A stretch of 64,000 nt of DNA from IMG/VR virus record IMGVR_UViG_3300025895_000123; one strand, 5' to 3'. Source of the stretch: a virus. This document shows, piece after piece, positions 44,727 to 55,811 of the stretch. The position numbers and the translations under genes were made by a program. The notes below the pieces were generated by a model. That model had not been told where the DNA came from. It ran no database searches and saw only the letters and a program-made list of their open reading frames with translations. Positions within the stretch are counted from its first letter, which is position 1, and each line of letters starts with the position of its first letter.

Positions 44727-45719
44727 TTATGTTACAACCTGTAAAGTCAAATCATCATTACCATCAAGTTCAAAGAAAACATCAGGATCTGATGATGGGG
44801 AAACAAGAGGCATTAAATCATTATTACCATCAGATTCAAACAAACCATTTTGAATTGGATCTTCGTTACTAGGAGAGATATCATCGCTAGCATCAGATAC
44901 CCAACCATAACCAATAGTTGAGGGACCAACACCACCAACAGCAGCAATAATAAACTGAATAAAATCATTCCAACCTATTTCACTATATGCTCTAGTAGTA
45001 GAATTATAAACAATAAAAGAATCACTTGTCTGTACCTGGTTCGTCGTTGGAGCAGCATCTGTTAAAACCTCGCGCCAAACAGCAGGTACTCCAGGAGGGC
45101 ATTCAGTACAGACAAAAGTTTTACCAGTTGCCATATTAATCCATTGTTCTCCTACAAAAAATCCTTCATCCCAATTATCAGATGGTAAAGGGTCTCTAGA
45201 AAATGTAACCGTGTTAACGATAGGTAACAATCTATTTAAAGAAGGATTAGGATTAGGAACACCTGATAACCAAGTATTAAGATCTTCATCCCATTTAAGA
45301 AGACTATCATCAAAATCTCCTCGAATGATTCTTAATTCGGCAGAAGGTGGATTTGTCCCACTGGTATAATTTTTATTAAGAGTAATTACATTACCAGAAA
45401 ACTCGGGAGTACCATTTTCGTCTAATACAAAATTATTAGCATCTACAGTGAAATTTCCATTACCCAAATCAAAATGGCCATCTTGATCAGACCCATCGCC
45501 GAAGGTTATACCTCCGGCGAGTGCATCTGAAGATAACATAATGACCCATTTGCCAATATCCCTGTCTACTAAAGTAAATATTCTACCAGTTGTTTTGTTT
45601 ACCCATATTGTACCCTCAACATAACCTTCATTCTTGTTTTGGGCTGGAGTTGGATTAGATAGTTCAGCAACAACTCTTGGGAAACTGATGACAGAAAGGT
45701 CAGACATACTTTCCTCCAA
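44727..45719 (-). CDS. Virion structural/fibre-associated protein
   Basis: Two EG/FVG..W.N..TG..F repeats; LKWDEDLNTW module shared with neighbouring fibres. Confidence 0.6.
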   Translation of the reverse strand: MEESMSDLSVISFPRVVAELSNPTPAQNKNEGYVEGTIWVNKTTGRIFTLVDRDIGKWVIMLSSDALAGGITFGDGSDQDGHFDLGNGNFTVDANNFVLDENGTPEFSGNVITLNKNYTSGTNPPSAELRIIRGDFDDSLLKWDEDLNTWLSGVPNPNPSLNRLLPIVNTVTFSRDPLPSDNWDEGFFVGEQWINMATGKTFVCTECPPGVPAVWREVLTDAAPTTNQVQTSDSFIVYNSTTRAYSEIGWNDFIQFIIAAVGGVGPSTIGYGWVSDASDDISPSNEDPIQNGLFESDGNNDLMPLVSPSSDPDVFFELDGNDDLTLQVVT

Positions 45720-45725
45720 TTTTAA

Positions 45726-48700
45726 TTAAATTATACACATTACAAGCTTTTCTTCTACTTCAAGATTTTCCTCAATAGATTGTCCAATCTTATACAGAAG
45801 TTCGCTCTCTTTTCTAATTCCACGTGCAGCACCTTTACCAGCAGAAACAATTACCTGTCCTTTACCAATTGGTCCTATAACCCTAACAGGAACCTTACCA
45901 GCAAGACCAACTACTGTACCTTCTGATTCAGAATTCATCAGATAACCTGGGTCTTTAGAACATACACCAATAACGTTTTTACAGAGTTCAGTACCGCATT
46001 CCTCAATTTCGTATTCACCAGAATCACAAGCTTTCATAATTGTTCCTGGATATACATCGTCTTCGGCACAAGTATACTTTTCGGCAAGGTCAGCATATTG
46101 AGCAGATGTAGCTTGACCTAATACCGTACCACTGGTCCACAAATTAGTTCCCATAGATACTACAGGTACACCATTATGGCACATTGCTACCTGATGTCCA
46201 GTAGCATAATTACCAGCACCATTATTCGGATTATAATATGCTAATCCATAGAGATTTCCAAAATCAGCACCGGTAGAACTATTTCTATAACCACTACCCA
46301 TAGACCAAATATGTTGAGTCTTAGTATCGTCATAGGTTCCAAAAATACCTTCATCTCTATTAGCATCTGGAACTATAATTGCAGATACTAAATTATCATC
46401 TGCATCAGATCTCAACAATGAAGCACCTTCAACACCATCAACAGTATCTGCATCGAGACCAGATCCAGTACCATCATTACCAGTATGCCAAACGGCGTTA
46501 CCTTCAATTTCTAATCCACCACCGCCACCATTACCAGTAATATTTAGAATCTTACTTGTTCCATCTTGCTCGAGTCTTACATCGTAATCGTTGACAGCGT
46601 TATCCTTAAAATCAATATACCCGCCACCAGTTGCTCGAGCTATTTCAACACTACCAGATGATTTTACTTCAATTCTATTTCCACCACCATTATCAACTGA
46701 TAAAGTACCTCCTGAAAAATTAGCATCGACATCGCTTCTCAAGTAGCTAGCACCTTCGACACCATCAAGAGTATCTGCATCAAGACCAGATCCAGTACCA
46801 TCATTACCTGCATGCCAAACCTCACTACCTTCAACAGTGATACCACCGCCACCACCATTGCCACTAAAATCAAGAATCTTACTTGTGTCAACTTGTTTGA
46901 TTCTTACATCATAATCTTCAGCACTTTGATCCTTAAAATCAATATACCCGTTACCAGTTTCACGAGCTATTTCAATAGCCCCATCAGAAGGATTAAGAAT
47001 AATCCTATTATTAGAATACGACAGAGTAAGCATTAAAGCATTAAAAGTATCATTGATATCACTTCTCAAGTAACTGGCACCTTCAACACCATCAAGCAAT
47101 TCAGAATCTGCAGCTTTCGCAGTGAGTCCTAATTTACCTGCAAGACCATTATCAATGTAGGTTTTAGCAGCAAGTTGACTTGCAAAATCATCATCAGATG
47201 GTGCTCCTCCACCAAGACCTGTATCTGTATTTAAATTAGCAAGATTGACATAGTTATTGACAATTTCTGTTTCAGTGTAATAACGATTATCATGATCATG
47301 ACTGTCATTTACAACAGTCGCTACTATATCAACATTCGCAGAACCATCAAAGGATACAGAACCTGTAACATCACCTGACAAACTAATGTCTCTAGCATTG
47401 TTAAGTTTTGAAGCATTCTCAGCATTACCCTTAAACGTTTGTGCATAAATTTCAGCGAAACGATGTGTAGCATCACCAATATCATATGTAATATCTACGC
47501 TCGGTGTAGAATTACCATCTCTTCTCAAAAATCTTGCATCTTGTTCTATTTCTGTATAATATTGGGTATCATGACTATGACTATCATTTACAACAGTTGT
47601 ACTTATACCAGCGTCACCGGTACCATCAAAAGAAACAGTGCCTGTAACATCCCCAGACAATGTAATATTACGAGCGGTCTCTAGCGCTGTAGCCGTAGCT
47701 GCATTACCATCTAATTCACCATGAATATTTGTTCCATATACATCAGAAAATTTAGCACCTGCTGAACCAAGACTATGCACATTATCTGCATCTGGTAAAG
47801 CATCAGCATCACGGTTCAAATATGAGGAATCATGATTATGAGTACCTAACTCAATATCAGTCATTGATCCTGTAATACCTGCTTGCCATTTATCTGTTAC
47901 TTCATCATATACAAGTCTAGCATTCGGCAAATTACCGCGCTCAATTTCAATACCACCAGTTCCTGCAGTTATACCATCTCCAGTTTGATTGCGATTAAGA
48001 ACAATTTCATTGTCATCTACCTGAAGAACCGCAGTATCTACAGTTGTTTGTGTACCATTAACATAAAGGTCTCCTTGAATGGTTAAATCTCCAGAACTTT
48101 CAATTTCCCCTGCTGTGAGTTTACCAGCAGAATCTAAAGTAACATTATTTGCAGTTATTGTGAAATTATTTGCTCCACCACAATTAACAGTAATTGCATC
48201 ATTACCATCACCTAAAGTAGCTTGTTCTCCAAAAGTAACTGGTGTCTGTACATCAAGAATACCTTTAATACTAACAGTATTATTATCATCGTAACCAAGA
48301 TCTACATCTCCATCTACTCTAAGACCTTGATCAAATCTAACTACAGCGGTACCCGTTGTTCGAATAGAATCTACAGTTGCCATACCACTTGCTTCGAGAT
48401 CTTTACAAGTGATAACACCTTGTCCGACATTTCCTTGTGCATCAAAGGAAAATTTATTGTTAACCGTATCAAAAGATATCGGATAGTTTTGTCCTCCAAC
48501 TTGAAACTGGAATACAGGTCTTACATCAATATCTCCACCACCTGGATTATATGTAAACGGTTTTAGAGTAATGTTCGACGCTTGAATGGTAGGTACTTCA
48601 GCAGCAGATGTCGGAGAAACCCCAGCATCAATTGATAAAGATGTACCTTCAAAAGTTGCATTATCACCTATATGAACCGTAGTGGCTGAAACATAAAGAT

Positions 48701-49319
48701 CCTTAATCTTTTTAGTAGCTGAACCAATATTAAGAGAAGAATCATTTTCAGGAATTAAATCTCCTTTAAATGTAATCTCTTCAGTGGTTCCATTCCAGGA
48801 AAACATAGCATTTAAATCAGTTTGAGTCTGGTCTAGAAGTGCTACAATATCTACACCACTCACTGTAATGCTTGTTCCTTCTAATGTAATATTATCACCA
48901 ACATTAAGAACGCCTGCGCTTACAGCAGGAGCATAGTACTCCGATGCTCCAAATAAAACGCATTTGCCTTTTTCCCCACTCAAGAAAGTTAATGTAATCT
49001 GATTTTCATTATCAACTGTTACACTACTCGGAATCATTTGCACATTATTTTCATCATATACAATAAAGATAACATCTTCAGTTTGCAAATTATGAGTAAT
49101 AACCCAAGATGTTGATGATATTCCTTGAGTAAATACATAATGTTGAGTTTTATTTGTAAGAGGATACCAAGTTTCCTGTGTATCAATAATGGCGTAAAGA
49201 TATAACACACCACCTTTAAAACAAAATTGACCAATACTAGGGCTTACTGGAAAATCAGTTTCTCCATCGAGAACAATGGTTGAACTGTTCATCAATAAAT
49301 TAGTTAATACTTTTGCCAT
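45726..49319 (-). CDS. Long tail fibre with C-terminal G2-type chaperone domain
   Basis: ARNITLSGDVTG.VSFDG and VWH.GNDGTGSGLDAD repeats; YADLAEKY..GKVPVRVIGPIGKG; N-terminal WVITHNL module. Confidence 0.85.
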   Translation of the reverse strand: MAKVLTNLLMNSSTIVLDGETDFPVSPSIGQFCFKGGVLYLYAIIDTQETWYPLTNKTQHYVFTQGISSTSWVITHNLQTEDVIFIVYDENNVQMIPSSVTVDNENQITLTFLSGEKGKCVLFGASEYYAPAVSAGVLNVGDNITLEGTSITVSGVDIVALLDQTQTDLNAMFSWNGTTEEITFKGDLIPENDSSLNIGSATKKIKDLYVSATTVHIGDNATFEGTSLSIDAGVSPTSAAEVPTIQASNITLKPFTYNPGGGDIDVRPVFQFQVGGQNYPISFDTVNNKFSFDAQGNVGQGVITCKDLEASGMATVDSIRTTGTAVVRFDQGLRVDGDVDLGYDDNNTVSIKGILDVQTPVTFGEQATLGDGNDAITVNCGGANNFTITANNVTLDSAGKLTAGEIESSGDLTIQGDLYVNGTQTTVDTAVLQVDDNEIVLNRNQTGDGITAGTGGIEIERGNLPNARLVYDEVTDKWQAGITGSMTDIELGTHNHDSSYLNRDADALPDADNVHSLGSAGAKFSDVYGTNIHGELDGNAATATALETARNITLSGDVTGTVSFDGTGDAGISTTVVNDSHSHDTQYYTEIEQDARFLRRDGNSTPSVDITYDIGDATHRFAEIYAQTFKGNAENASKLNNARDISLSGDVTGSVSFDGSANVDIVATVVNDSHDHDNRYYTETEIVNNYVNLANLNTDTGLGGGAPSDDDFASQLAAKTYIDNGLAGKLGLTAKAADSELLDGVEGASYLRSDINDTFNALMLTLSYSNNRIILNPSDGAIEIARETGNGYIDFKDQSAEDYDVRIKQVDTSKILDFSGNGGGGGITVEGSEVWHAGNDGTGSGLDADTLDGVEGASYLRSDVDANFSGGTLSVDNGGGNRIEVKSSGSVEIARATGGGYIDFKDNAVNDYDVRLEQDGTSKILNITGNGGGGGLEIEGNAVWHTGNDGTGSGLDADTVDGVEGASLLRSDADDNLVSAIIVPDANRDEGIFGTYDDTKTQHIWSMGSGYRNSSTGADFGNLYGLAYYNPNNGAGNYATGHQVAMCHNGVPVVSMGTNLWTSGTVLGQATSAQYADLAEKYTCAEDDVYPGTIMKACDSGEYEIEECGTELCKNVIGVCSKDPGYLMNSESEGTVVGLAGKVPVRVIGPIGKGQVIVSAGKGAARGIRKESELLYKIGQSIEENLEVEEKLVMCII

Positions 49320-49325
49320 AGCAAA

Positions 49326-49565
49326 TTACTCTCCTGTTGAATTTGACTCAGTTTTCCATCCTTGAAGGACCGTCTTACCTTTCTTTGCATCCCTCAAAAT
49401 GAATATTAATCTATACTGTTCACCTAATGCTATCTTAACTTTTTCATAATCTTCGTTGTCAAAATCTTTTTCAATAGATTCAAGATTCTTTACTATTTGA
49501 TCGACCCACATATGAACTCTAGCGGTCATTAATTTCTTCGGATCACTAAATGTTGGCATTTTCAA
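49326..49565 (-). CDS. Hypothetical protein
   Basis: 79 aa in operon. Confidence 0.55.
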   Translation of the reverse strand: MKMPTFSDPKKLMTARVHMWVDQIVKNLESIEKDFDNEDYEKVKIALGEQYRLIFILRDAKKGKTVLQGWKTESNSTGE

Positions 49566-49794
49566 ATTTCTCCAACTTCAATAGATTAAGTTCTAACTTA
49601 GAAAATCTTCCATGTATTATCTGAAGAAGTTCCTCGAATTTTTTATCATCTTCGTATGAATATTTAAGTCCAGAAGTTTCAGTTTTTAAAAATTCAATAA
49701 TCTTTTTAGATGATCTTCGTAAACCTTCAATAGAACTACCTTCTTGAGGTTGAACTACAACCAATTCTTTAAGTATACCATGATCTTCTTCCAT
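49546..49794 (-). CDS. Hypothetical protein
   Basis: AAGGA RBS; 82 aa. Confidence 0.55.
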   Translation of the reverse strand: MEEDHGILKELVVVQPQEGSSIEGLRRSSKKIIEFLKTETSGLKYSYEDDKKFEELLQIIHGRFSKLELNLLKLEKFENANI

Positions 49795-49857
49795 TGAAAA
49801 TCCTTATAAATTTATGAAGAGGAGTGTATATTACTACACTCCTCTTATCTCAAAAAA

Positions 49858-52815
49858 TTAAGACAATGCAGCAGTCGACCTCACGATAGCTTTAATATCG
49901 CGAGATTCAGTAAGATCAACAGTTACAGAATTACTATCAGTAATAGTGATACCAACTAAATCATTACGATATTTCAAATCATCGTCTTTCACCCACACAC
50001 TTACATCAACCATTTGATCGCCCAAATTATGAGTAACCGTATGAGTAGTAGCTGCAGAAGATGAAGTAAAAGTAAAGACCAAAGCATCAATGCCAGTTTC
50101 GAGAGTATTTATGGCACTAGTAATAGCAGTTCCACGATCAGTAATTTCTTGTGCAATTGCATCAGCATTTACCTTGGCCTGAGCATCAAGATCCGTGAGA
50201 TCTGCCGTCAAATTAGTGTTACCATCAATATAGTTACTTCCACTATGAGCAACATAAGCACCAGCGGCACTTATTACAGTACCCATTGCGGTTTCAATTG
50301 CAGTGATTTCACTGGTGAGAGCATTGTCTGCACTTGTACGGTTAGTGATTTCCGTATTAAGAGCAGTGTCTAAATCTAAAAGATCACCAGTGACAGTTGT
50401 ATTTCCATCAAGGAAATTAGTTCCAGTATGAGCAACATAAACGCCAGCGGTACTTACGACAGCACCAAGAGAAGTCTCTAATGCATCAAGTTCACTCTGT
50501 GCCGCCCCACCAGAATCAGAAACGGCCTTAAGGGAGGTATCCAAATCCAGAAGGTCTGCGGTGATAGAAGCATTACCATCAATATAGTTACTTCCACTAT
50601 GAGCAACATAAGCGCCAGCAGTACTTACGGCAGCACCAAGAGCACCTTCGATAGCATCGACTTCATTTTGAGCACTATTAAGCCCAGTATCCAAATCAGT
50701 TAGATCTTCAGTTATAGAAACATTACCATCAATATAGTTGGTTCCAGTATGAGCAACATAAGCGCCACCTGTTCCAATTGCTCCACCCATTGCAGATTCA
50801 ATATTGTCAACTTCAGTCTGAAGAGCAGCAATAGTAGTCCCAGTAGCAGTAGCAATTGCATCAGCATTTGTCTTGACCTGAGCATCCAGATCTAAAAGAT
50901 CAGTCGTGACATCGGCGTTACCATCAAGATAGTTGGTTCCACTATGAGCAACATAAGCTCCAGCAGTACTCATCACAGCACCCATTGAAGCTTCGATTGC
51001 ATCAACTTCACCATTCAAGGTTGTGATATTGCCTTGTAGGGTAGTATCTGCATTACCTCGAGCAGTAGCTTCATTACTAACAGCAGTAGCTCTATCACTA
51101 ATTTCTTGTGCAATGTCATCCTCATTCGATTTAATTGCAGTATCTAAAGCAGACATACCATTAACAACAGAAGTAGATCCTGTTAAATAATTAGAAGCAG
51201 GAGCAGTATAAGCACCACCAGTACCAAGACCAGCACCTATCTGAGTAGCATCCAATTCGGCTTGAATTGCACTATCTGCACTACCTCGAGTTGTTATTTC
51301 TGAAGCAAGACCATCAGTATTTGTTTTAACCTGATCATCCAAAAGTGAATCAGCGTTAGCAAGAGAAGAAGCACCACTAATGTAATCTGCACCACCATCA
51401 GCAACATAAGCTCCACCAGTACCAAGACCAGCACCAGTTTGGGTATTATCTAATTCCGTTTGGATATTAGAAATGTTTGTCATAACGCTATCGGTAACTT
51501 TCAAACCGCCTGCACCAAGAGTAAGAGTAGATCCATCTAGTTTGATTCCAATTTCAGCAGCAGTATCTGTAGAAGAAGTACTTCCATCTTCCGTTAGATG
51601 TAGACCACCAGTAGCATACAGATCAATACCAATTTCATCACCGGGAAGTTCTACAATACCAGCACCAAATGCTAGATAGATTTCATTACCGTTCTTTTTG
51701 ATACCCGCACCTGCCGTAATCTGACCTGCACCTGAGAACTGTACCCAAACAATATCATCAGTATCAACGGTGACATTGCCTGTAAACTGGACGACAAAGC
51801 CCATATTAGCATATGTTGCACCTTCTTCAACAAAACAGAAAGATCCACCAGATACTTCATTCGCCGGAGTTCCGTCGAAATCAGTAGAACGAGTCCATGC
51901 ACCACCATCAACAACATCGTAAATACCATTTTCAGTAGCAGTACTCTGAGCCCGGACCAAAACACGGTTACCAGCGGCTACATTAACACCATCAATTGTT
52001 AACAAGCCACCAGTTGTAAGATCGATATTTGCAGTAGTTGCACATCGAGCAGACTCTTTCGGATCTAAACCTGCACTAAAAGCATCGACATAATTCTTCG
52101 TTGCGGCATCTTGTGCATCAACAGGTTCTGCAAGACCAGTAATACGATAAGTGTCAGCCATACCAATACTTCCACCCATTGTGCCACCTGATAGATTCAA
52201 TTTAAGAGCATCAGCAGAAGCACGAGCAGAAGCTTCATTCGAGATAGCAGTTGCATTTGCATCAACAGCAGTATCCAATTTGGAATCAGCATCATGCAAA
52301 CTAGTAGCACTATCAAGATAATTTGATCCACTTGGTTGCTGATATTGACCATCAGAAGCTAAACCAGCACCAGTTTGAGTGGTATCAAGTTCGGTCTGAA
52401 GACCGGAAAGAGAAGTTCCCGATCCACCAGTTACATCATCAACATCCTGCATAACCTGGTCAACATTGTTCAAAAGTACGTCTAAAGCATCAGCAACTGT
52501 GCCTGCACTAAGAGAAAGTTGTCCTTGAGATCCTACTTGTCCATCATAACCCATAACAGATGCACCAGATGAATCTCCTGTTTGTGCGCTAATACTTGAA
52601 ACGAATGTATCGTAATCTTCTTTGTCTTTAATAGACCGAATGATTACTTGTCCACCACCATTAAGGGTAGAAAATTTGAAAAGTTTAGAAGTATCATTAA
52701 ACCAACATCGTCCCGGTTCCACCACTGTAGGATCGGAACTAAGGGTTTCTACAACCATGTTTTCAATGTAGCCATTCTGTGCTACTGTTAATCCGTGGGC
52801 TTTCTGAAAGGCCAT
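49858..52815 (-). CDS. Long segmented coiled-coil fibre (side fibre/whisker-like)
   Basis: About 8 repeats of coiled coil + G.YV.H.G.NY.DG knob; DAATKNYVD; ARCATTANI..DGV..AGNRVLV fibre module; C-terminal HTVTHNL. Confidence 0.8.
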   Translation of the reverse strand: MAFQKAHGLTVAQNGYIENMVVETLSSDPTVVEPGRCWFNDTSKLFKFSTLNGGGQVIIRSIKDKEDYDTFVSSISAQTGDSSGASVMGYDGQVGSQGQLSLSAGTVADALDVLLNNVDQVMQDVDDVTGGSGTSLSGLQTELDTTQTGAGLASDGQYQQPSGSNYLDSATSLHDADSKLDTAVDANATAISNEASARASADALKLNLSGGTMGGSIGMADTYRITGLAEPVDAQDAATKNYVDAFSAGLDPKESARCATTANIDLTTGGLLTIDGVNVAAGNRVLVRAQSTATENGIYDVVDGGAWTRSTDFDGTPANEVSGGSFCFVEEGATYANMGFVVQFTGNVTVDTDDIVWVQFSGAGQITAGAGIKKNGNEIYLAFGAGIVELPGDEIGIDLYATGGLHLTEDGSTSSTDTAAEIGIKLDGSTLTLGAGGLKVTDSVMTNISNIQTELDNTQTGAGLGTGGAYVADGGADYISGASSLANADSLLDDQVKTNTDGLASEITTRGSADSAIQAELDATQIGAGLGTGGAYTAPASNYLTGSTSVVNGMSALDTAIKSNEDDIAQEISDRATAVSNEATARGNADTTLQGNITTLNGEVDAIEASMGAVMSTAGAYVAHSGTNYLDGNADVTTDLLDLDAQVKTNADAIATATGTTIAALQTEVDNIESAMGGAIGTGGAYVAHTGTNYIDGNVSITEDLTDLDTGLNSAQNEVDAIEGALGAAVSTAGAYVAHSGSNYIDGNASITADLLDLDTSLKAVSDSGGAAQSELDALETSLGAVVSTAGVYVAHTGTNFLDGNTTVTGDLLDLDTALNTEITNRTSADNALTSEITAIETAMGTVISAAGAYVAHSGSNYIDGNTNLTADLTDLDAQAKVNADAIAQEITDRGTAITSAINTLETGIDALVFTFTSSSAATTHTVTHNLGDQMVDVSVWVKDDDLKYRNDLVGITITDSNSVTVDLTESRDIKAIVRSTAALS

Positions 52816-52872
52816 AATTTAAATCTCCTTGTAATTCTTTTTTGGGTTCAATTGTCTAATTATTATTTAATT

Positions 52873-54114
52873 TTATTTCACTTCTTGCACTGAAACCTTA
52901 ACATTGCTCGATTCAGTTAATTCTACATAAAATATATTATCATCAAAATATTCAACACCTACTAAATCTTTTTGCCAAAATCCAGTAACCGGATTTTGTA
53001 CCATAATATTAATTAATAAATCTTGGGTATTAAGATTATGAATAATGGTGTGAAAAACAGAAGGAGTTATTGATTCATATTTATAAGTACTAAGTTTTGT
53101 ATCACCCCAATTGAGGACAGTTAGTTCACCACCCTCAATTCCAATTCTCCATGTATCATCCTCTTCATCCCATAGTAAAAGTGCAGCAGGGAGAGATCCT
53201 CGATTTACTCGTAAACCAGCAAATCTCCCTGTTACACCAGAATTAAGCTCATTTGCATTGAGCATAATTTCTCTATCATCAATTTCGACATCATCGGATT
53301 GTAATAATATTCTTTCGCCTTGGGCTTTAAAAATTCCTTGAATAGTTAAATCTTCTGCTACTTCAAGATCATGTGCAATATAGACATTTTCACCATTTAA
53401 TGATGTGTCACCTCCTACTTCTAATCCTTCAGAAATAACAACATCATCAGTGATAATAGTTGGATTTGTAGTGGACGGAGTTCCACCACCACCAGTAGGT
53501 ACTTCAAACTTATCAAGGAACCAATTAACATAACGCAAAAGCGCTATATTATCTTCGCTTAACCCATATTTATAGTAATTCTTTTTTCCGATCGAAGTAT
53601 CTATTTCAATAAACTCATCTGTTGATTCTGTAATAGAGGTCAGATCGTCCTCTACATCTTTAGTAAAATCAAAGAACGTTAGTACCGTAGCATTTCTATT
53701 GTGATCCCAGCCATCCGAGGATATTCCTGTCTGGGCGATATGTTGAATTCCAAATCGTACAGGGTTGTCTTGAACGGTGTTTAAATATTGGTATTGAATA
53801 TAAACTGCAAATTTACCATCTACATCGTATACATTACCATCAGACAGGATTAATTCAGTTGTAGACCTTATTTCGATCAATGTATGGTTCTGTATTACAA
53901 CGCCATCACTAATCTCAACAACAACATTATTACCATCTAATGAAGCAGTCACATTCAACCCTTTTAACACTACATTATTACCAATCATTTTTGATAAATT
54001 ATTAATAATTACTGGTAATTGATACATGTAGTTTGAAGCATTGACTTGGGAGTATTCGCTGAGATCAATGTATTTACTAGCGTCGCTAGGTCTTCGTAAA
54101 TCAGCCATAATCAC
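52873..54114 (-). CDS. Baseplate/fibre-attachment protein, paralog of 54155-55438
   Basis: Shared N-terminal domain; LLWDEEDDTW module; C-terminal HTIIHNL. Confidence 0.65.
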   Translation of the reverse strand: MIMADLRRPSDASKYIDLSEYSQVNASNYMYQLPVIINNLSKMIGNNVVLKGLNVTASLDGNNVVVEISDGVVIQNHTLIEIRSTTELILSDGNVYDVDGKFAVYIQYQYLNTVQDNPVRFGIQHIAQTGISSDGWDHNRNATVLTFFDFTKDVEDDLTSITESTDEFIEIDTSIGKKNYYKYGLSEDNIALLRYVNWFLDKFEVPTGGGGTPSTTNPTIITDDVVISEGLEVGGDTSLNGENVYIAHDLEVAEDLTIQGIFKAQGERILLQSDDVEIDDREIMLNANELNSGVTGRFAGLRVNRGSLPAALLLWDEEDDTWRIGIEGGELTVLNWGDTKLSTYKYESITPSVFHTIIHNLNTQDLLINIMVQNPVTGFWQKDLVGVEYFDDNIFYVELTESSNVKVSVQEVK

Positions 54115-54154
54115 TGCCTTTATAAGTTTTTAATATTTTAATTTACTCCCTAGA

Positions 54155-55438
54155 TTACGGTGCAGTATAATTACAATTACAAGTACATCCATAATTACAA
54201 TTACAAGTACAAGCAACAGGTTCAACGAAAAATTCAATCTTTGTCAACTGGCTTAAAGGGGTATGACTTGAAATATATAATTTACCAATATCATCATCAA
54301 CACCAATAACACCAATTTCTGATCCAGAATTTCGAGACAAATTCGGATCTTCACTTAATATTACACCAGTAGCACTTTCAATCCAAACCTTTCTTTGAAC
54401 TTGGCCTTCAGTCCAAGATACCCTCATCTTAGTTGGTCTATATCCTGTAGCCCAACCTCTACCTTCGACATCTAAGATTAAATAATCTCTTGATGCCTGT
54501 AAAGTGTAAAATACATCCGTCCATAATCCACCTTCAACAATTCCCCAATAATTTGGACCCATAAAATTATCAAAGAAAGGAACGGTTGTAAAATATTCAT
54601 TAGAATTTAAACCTATATCTGTTAAATGAACATTTCCATCACGGAATATTTGATTAAAATCTTTAAGAAATTGAGGTAAACTAGATTCATTATCTATCGA
54701 TAATGAACTGACATCAAAAAATCCTTTCGATCCCAAATTATTTGTTCCATAATATTTTGCGGCACCAGGAGATTCTACATCTCCTTTAAGAATTATTCCT
54801 TCACTAGGATCGAGTATAACAGAAGACCCGCCAGCTAATTCAAACAACTGATGAATTAAATATCGAGTTAAGACTCTATTTTTATCACTATAGCCTCGAA
54901 CCCAATAAACAACTCCATTAATTGTTATGTATTCCTCGAGTGATGGAAAAAAAGAAATTACATTATCTCCTCCATCCTTAGTAAATTGGTATATACCCAG
55001 AAGTAAACGATCTCTACTGGCCATAAATGAATATAGCGGATTCCCTGTTGGATCAATATAGTTAATGTTGAAAGAATGTTTATTCTGTTCAAATGTTTGT
55101 AGATAATTATAGTTACTAAACACAACGACTCTGCCCGATTGATCCAGACCAGACACACCGTCTAATTGAAGGTCTACTCTCTCATCTGTAACTAAAAGTG
55201 TATTATCTTGTAGAGCATTTCCTTCCTCCACACTTAGAACAACAGAATCAGATGAATAAGAGATGTTGGTAAGTTCTAAACCACTCATTACTATGTCATC
55301 ACCAAAAACCTTATAAACTGAATTTGCTACCCTACTCAAAAACACATCACTTTTATCAGTATCATACTGAAACACTCTTTGATCAAAAGGTTCAATAAAA
55401 TGCCTTTGAGAAGATGGTTCGACAACCCTGTTTGCCAT
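54155..55438 (-). CDS. Baseplate/fibre-attachment protein ending in two CTCNCNY repeats
   Basis: Paralogous N-terminal domain; ILKGDVESPGAAKYYGTN; terminal ACTCNCNYGCTCNCNYTAP. Confidence 0.7.
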   Translation of the reverse strand: MANRVVEPSSQRHFIEPFDQRVFQYDTDKSDVFLSRVANSVYKVFGDDIVMSGLELTNISYSSDSVVLSVEEGNALQDNTLLVTDERVDLQLDGVSGLDQSGRVVVFSNYNYLQTFEQNKHSFNINYIDPTGNPLYSFMASRDRLLLGIYQFTKDGGDNVISFFPSLEEYITINGVVYWVRGYSDKNRVLTRYLIHQLFELAGGSSVILDPSEGIILKGDVESPGAAKYYGTNNLGSKGFFDVSSLSIDNESSLPQFLKDFNQIFRDGNVHLTDIGLNSNEYFTTVPFFDNFMGPNYWGIVEGGLWTDVFYTLQASRDYLILDVEGRGWATGYRPTKMRVSWTEGQVQRKVWIESATGVILSEDPNLSRNSGSEIGVIGVDDDIGKLYISSHTPLSQLTKIEFFVEPVACTCNCNYGCTCNCNYTAP

Positions 55439-55678
55439 ATAATAATCCTCCCTTTATAATTGTTTTCTAGAGTTACTAAAAATCATTAAAATAATCAATA
55501 AATTAGATTCATTTGAGTCAAAGATAAACCCGTTCCGACAAGTATAAGTTAGTACATAAACCATATTTAGAAACATTTAAAGGGTGTTAAGAAATCCTGA
55601 TTTCATAAGTTGAATTTTTTATTCTTAATCTTTTTTAAAATTCATATTGAGTATCAAATAGATACATATTAATTTTTT

Positions 55679-55712
55679 AATTTTCACCCTTTTTTATAGA
55701 GAAATATTAGTA
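55679..55712 (+). promoter_or_regulatory. Variant conserved promoter at the strand switch
   Basis: TTCA ends 55686, TAGAGAAAT 55697-55705. Confidence 0.45.
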
Positions 55713-55811
55713 CCAGTTAATCACAAACGATATAAATAAAGATTTATATTTGTGTGACATAAACCCTATTCGTAGGGTTTATGTTTGTAACCTTTTTGAA
55801 AGGAGATTAGA

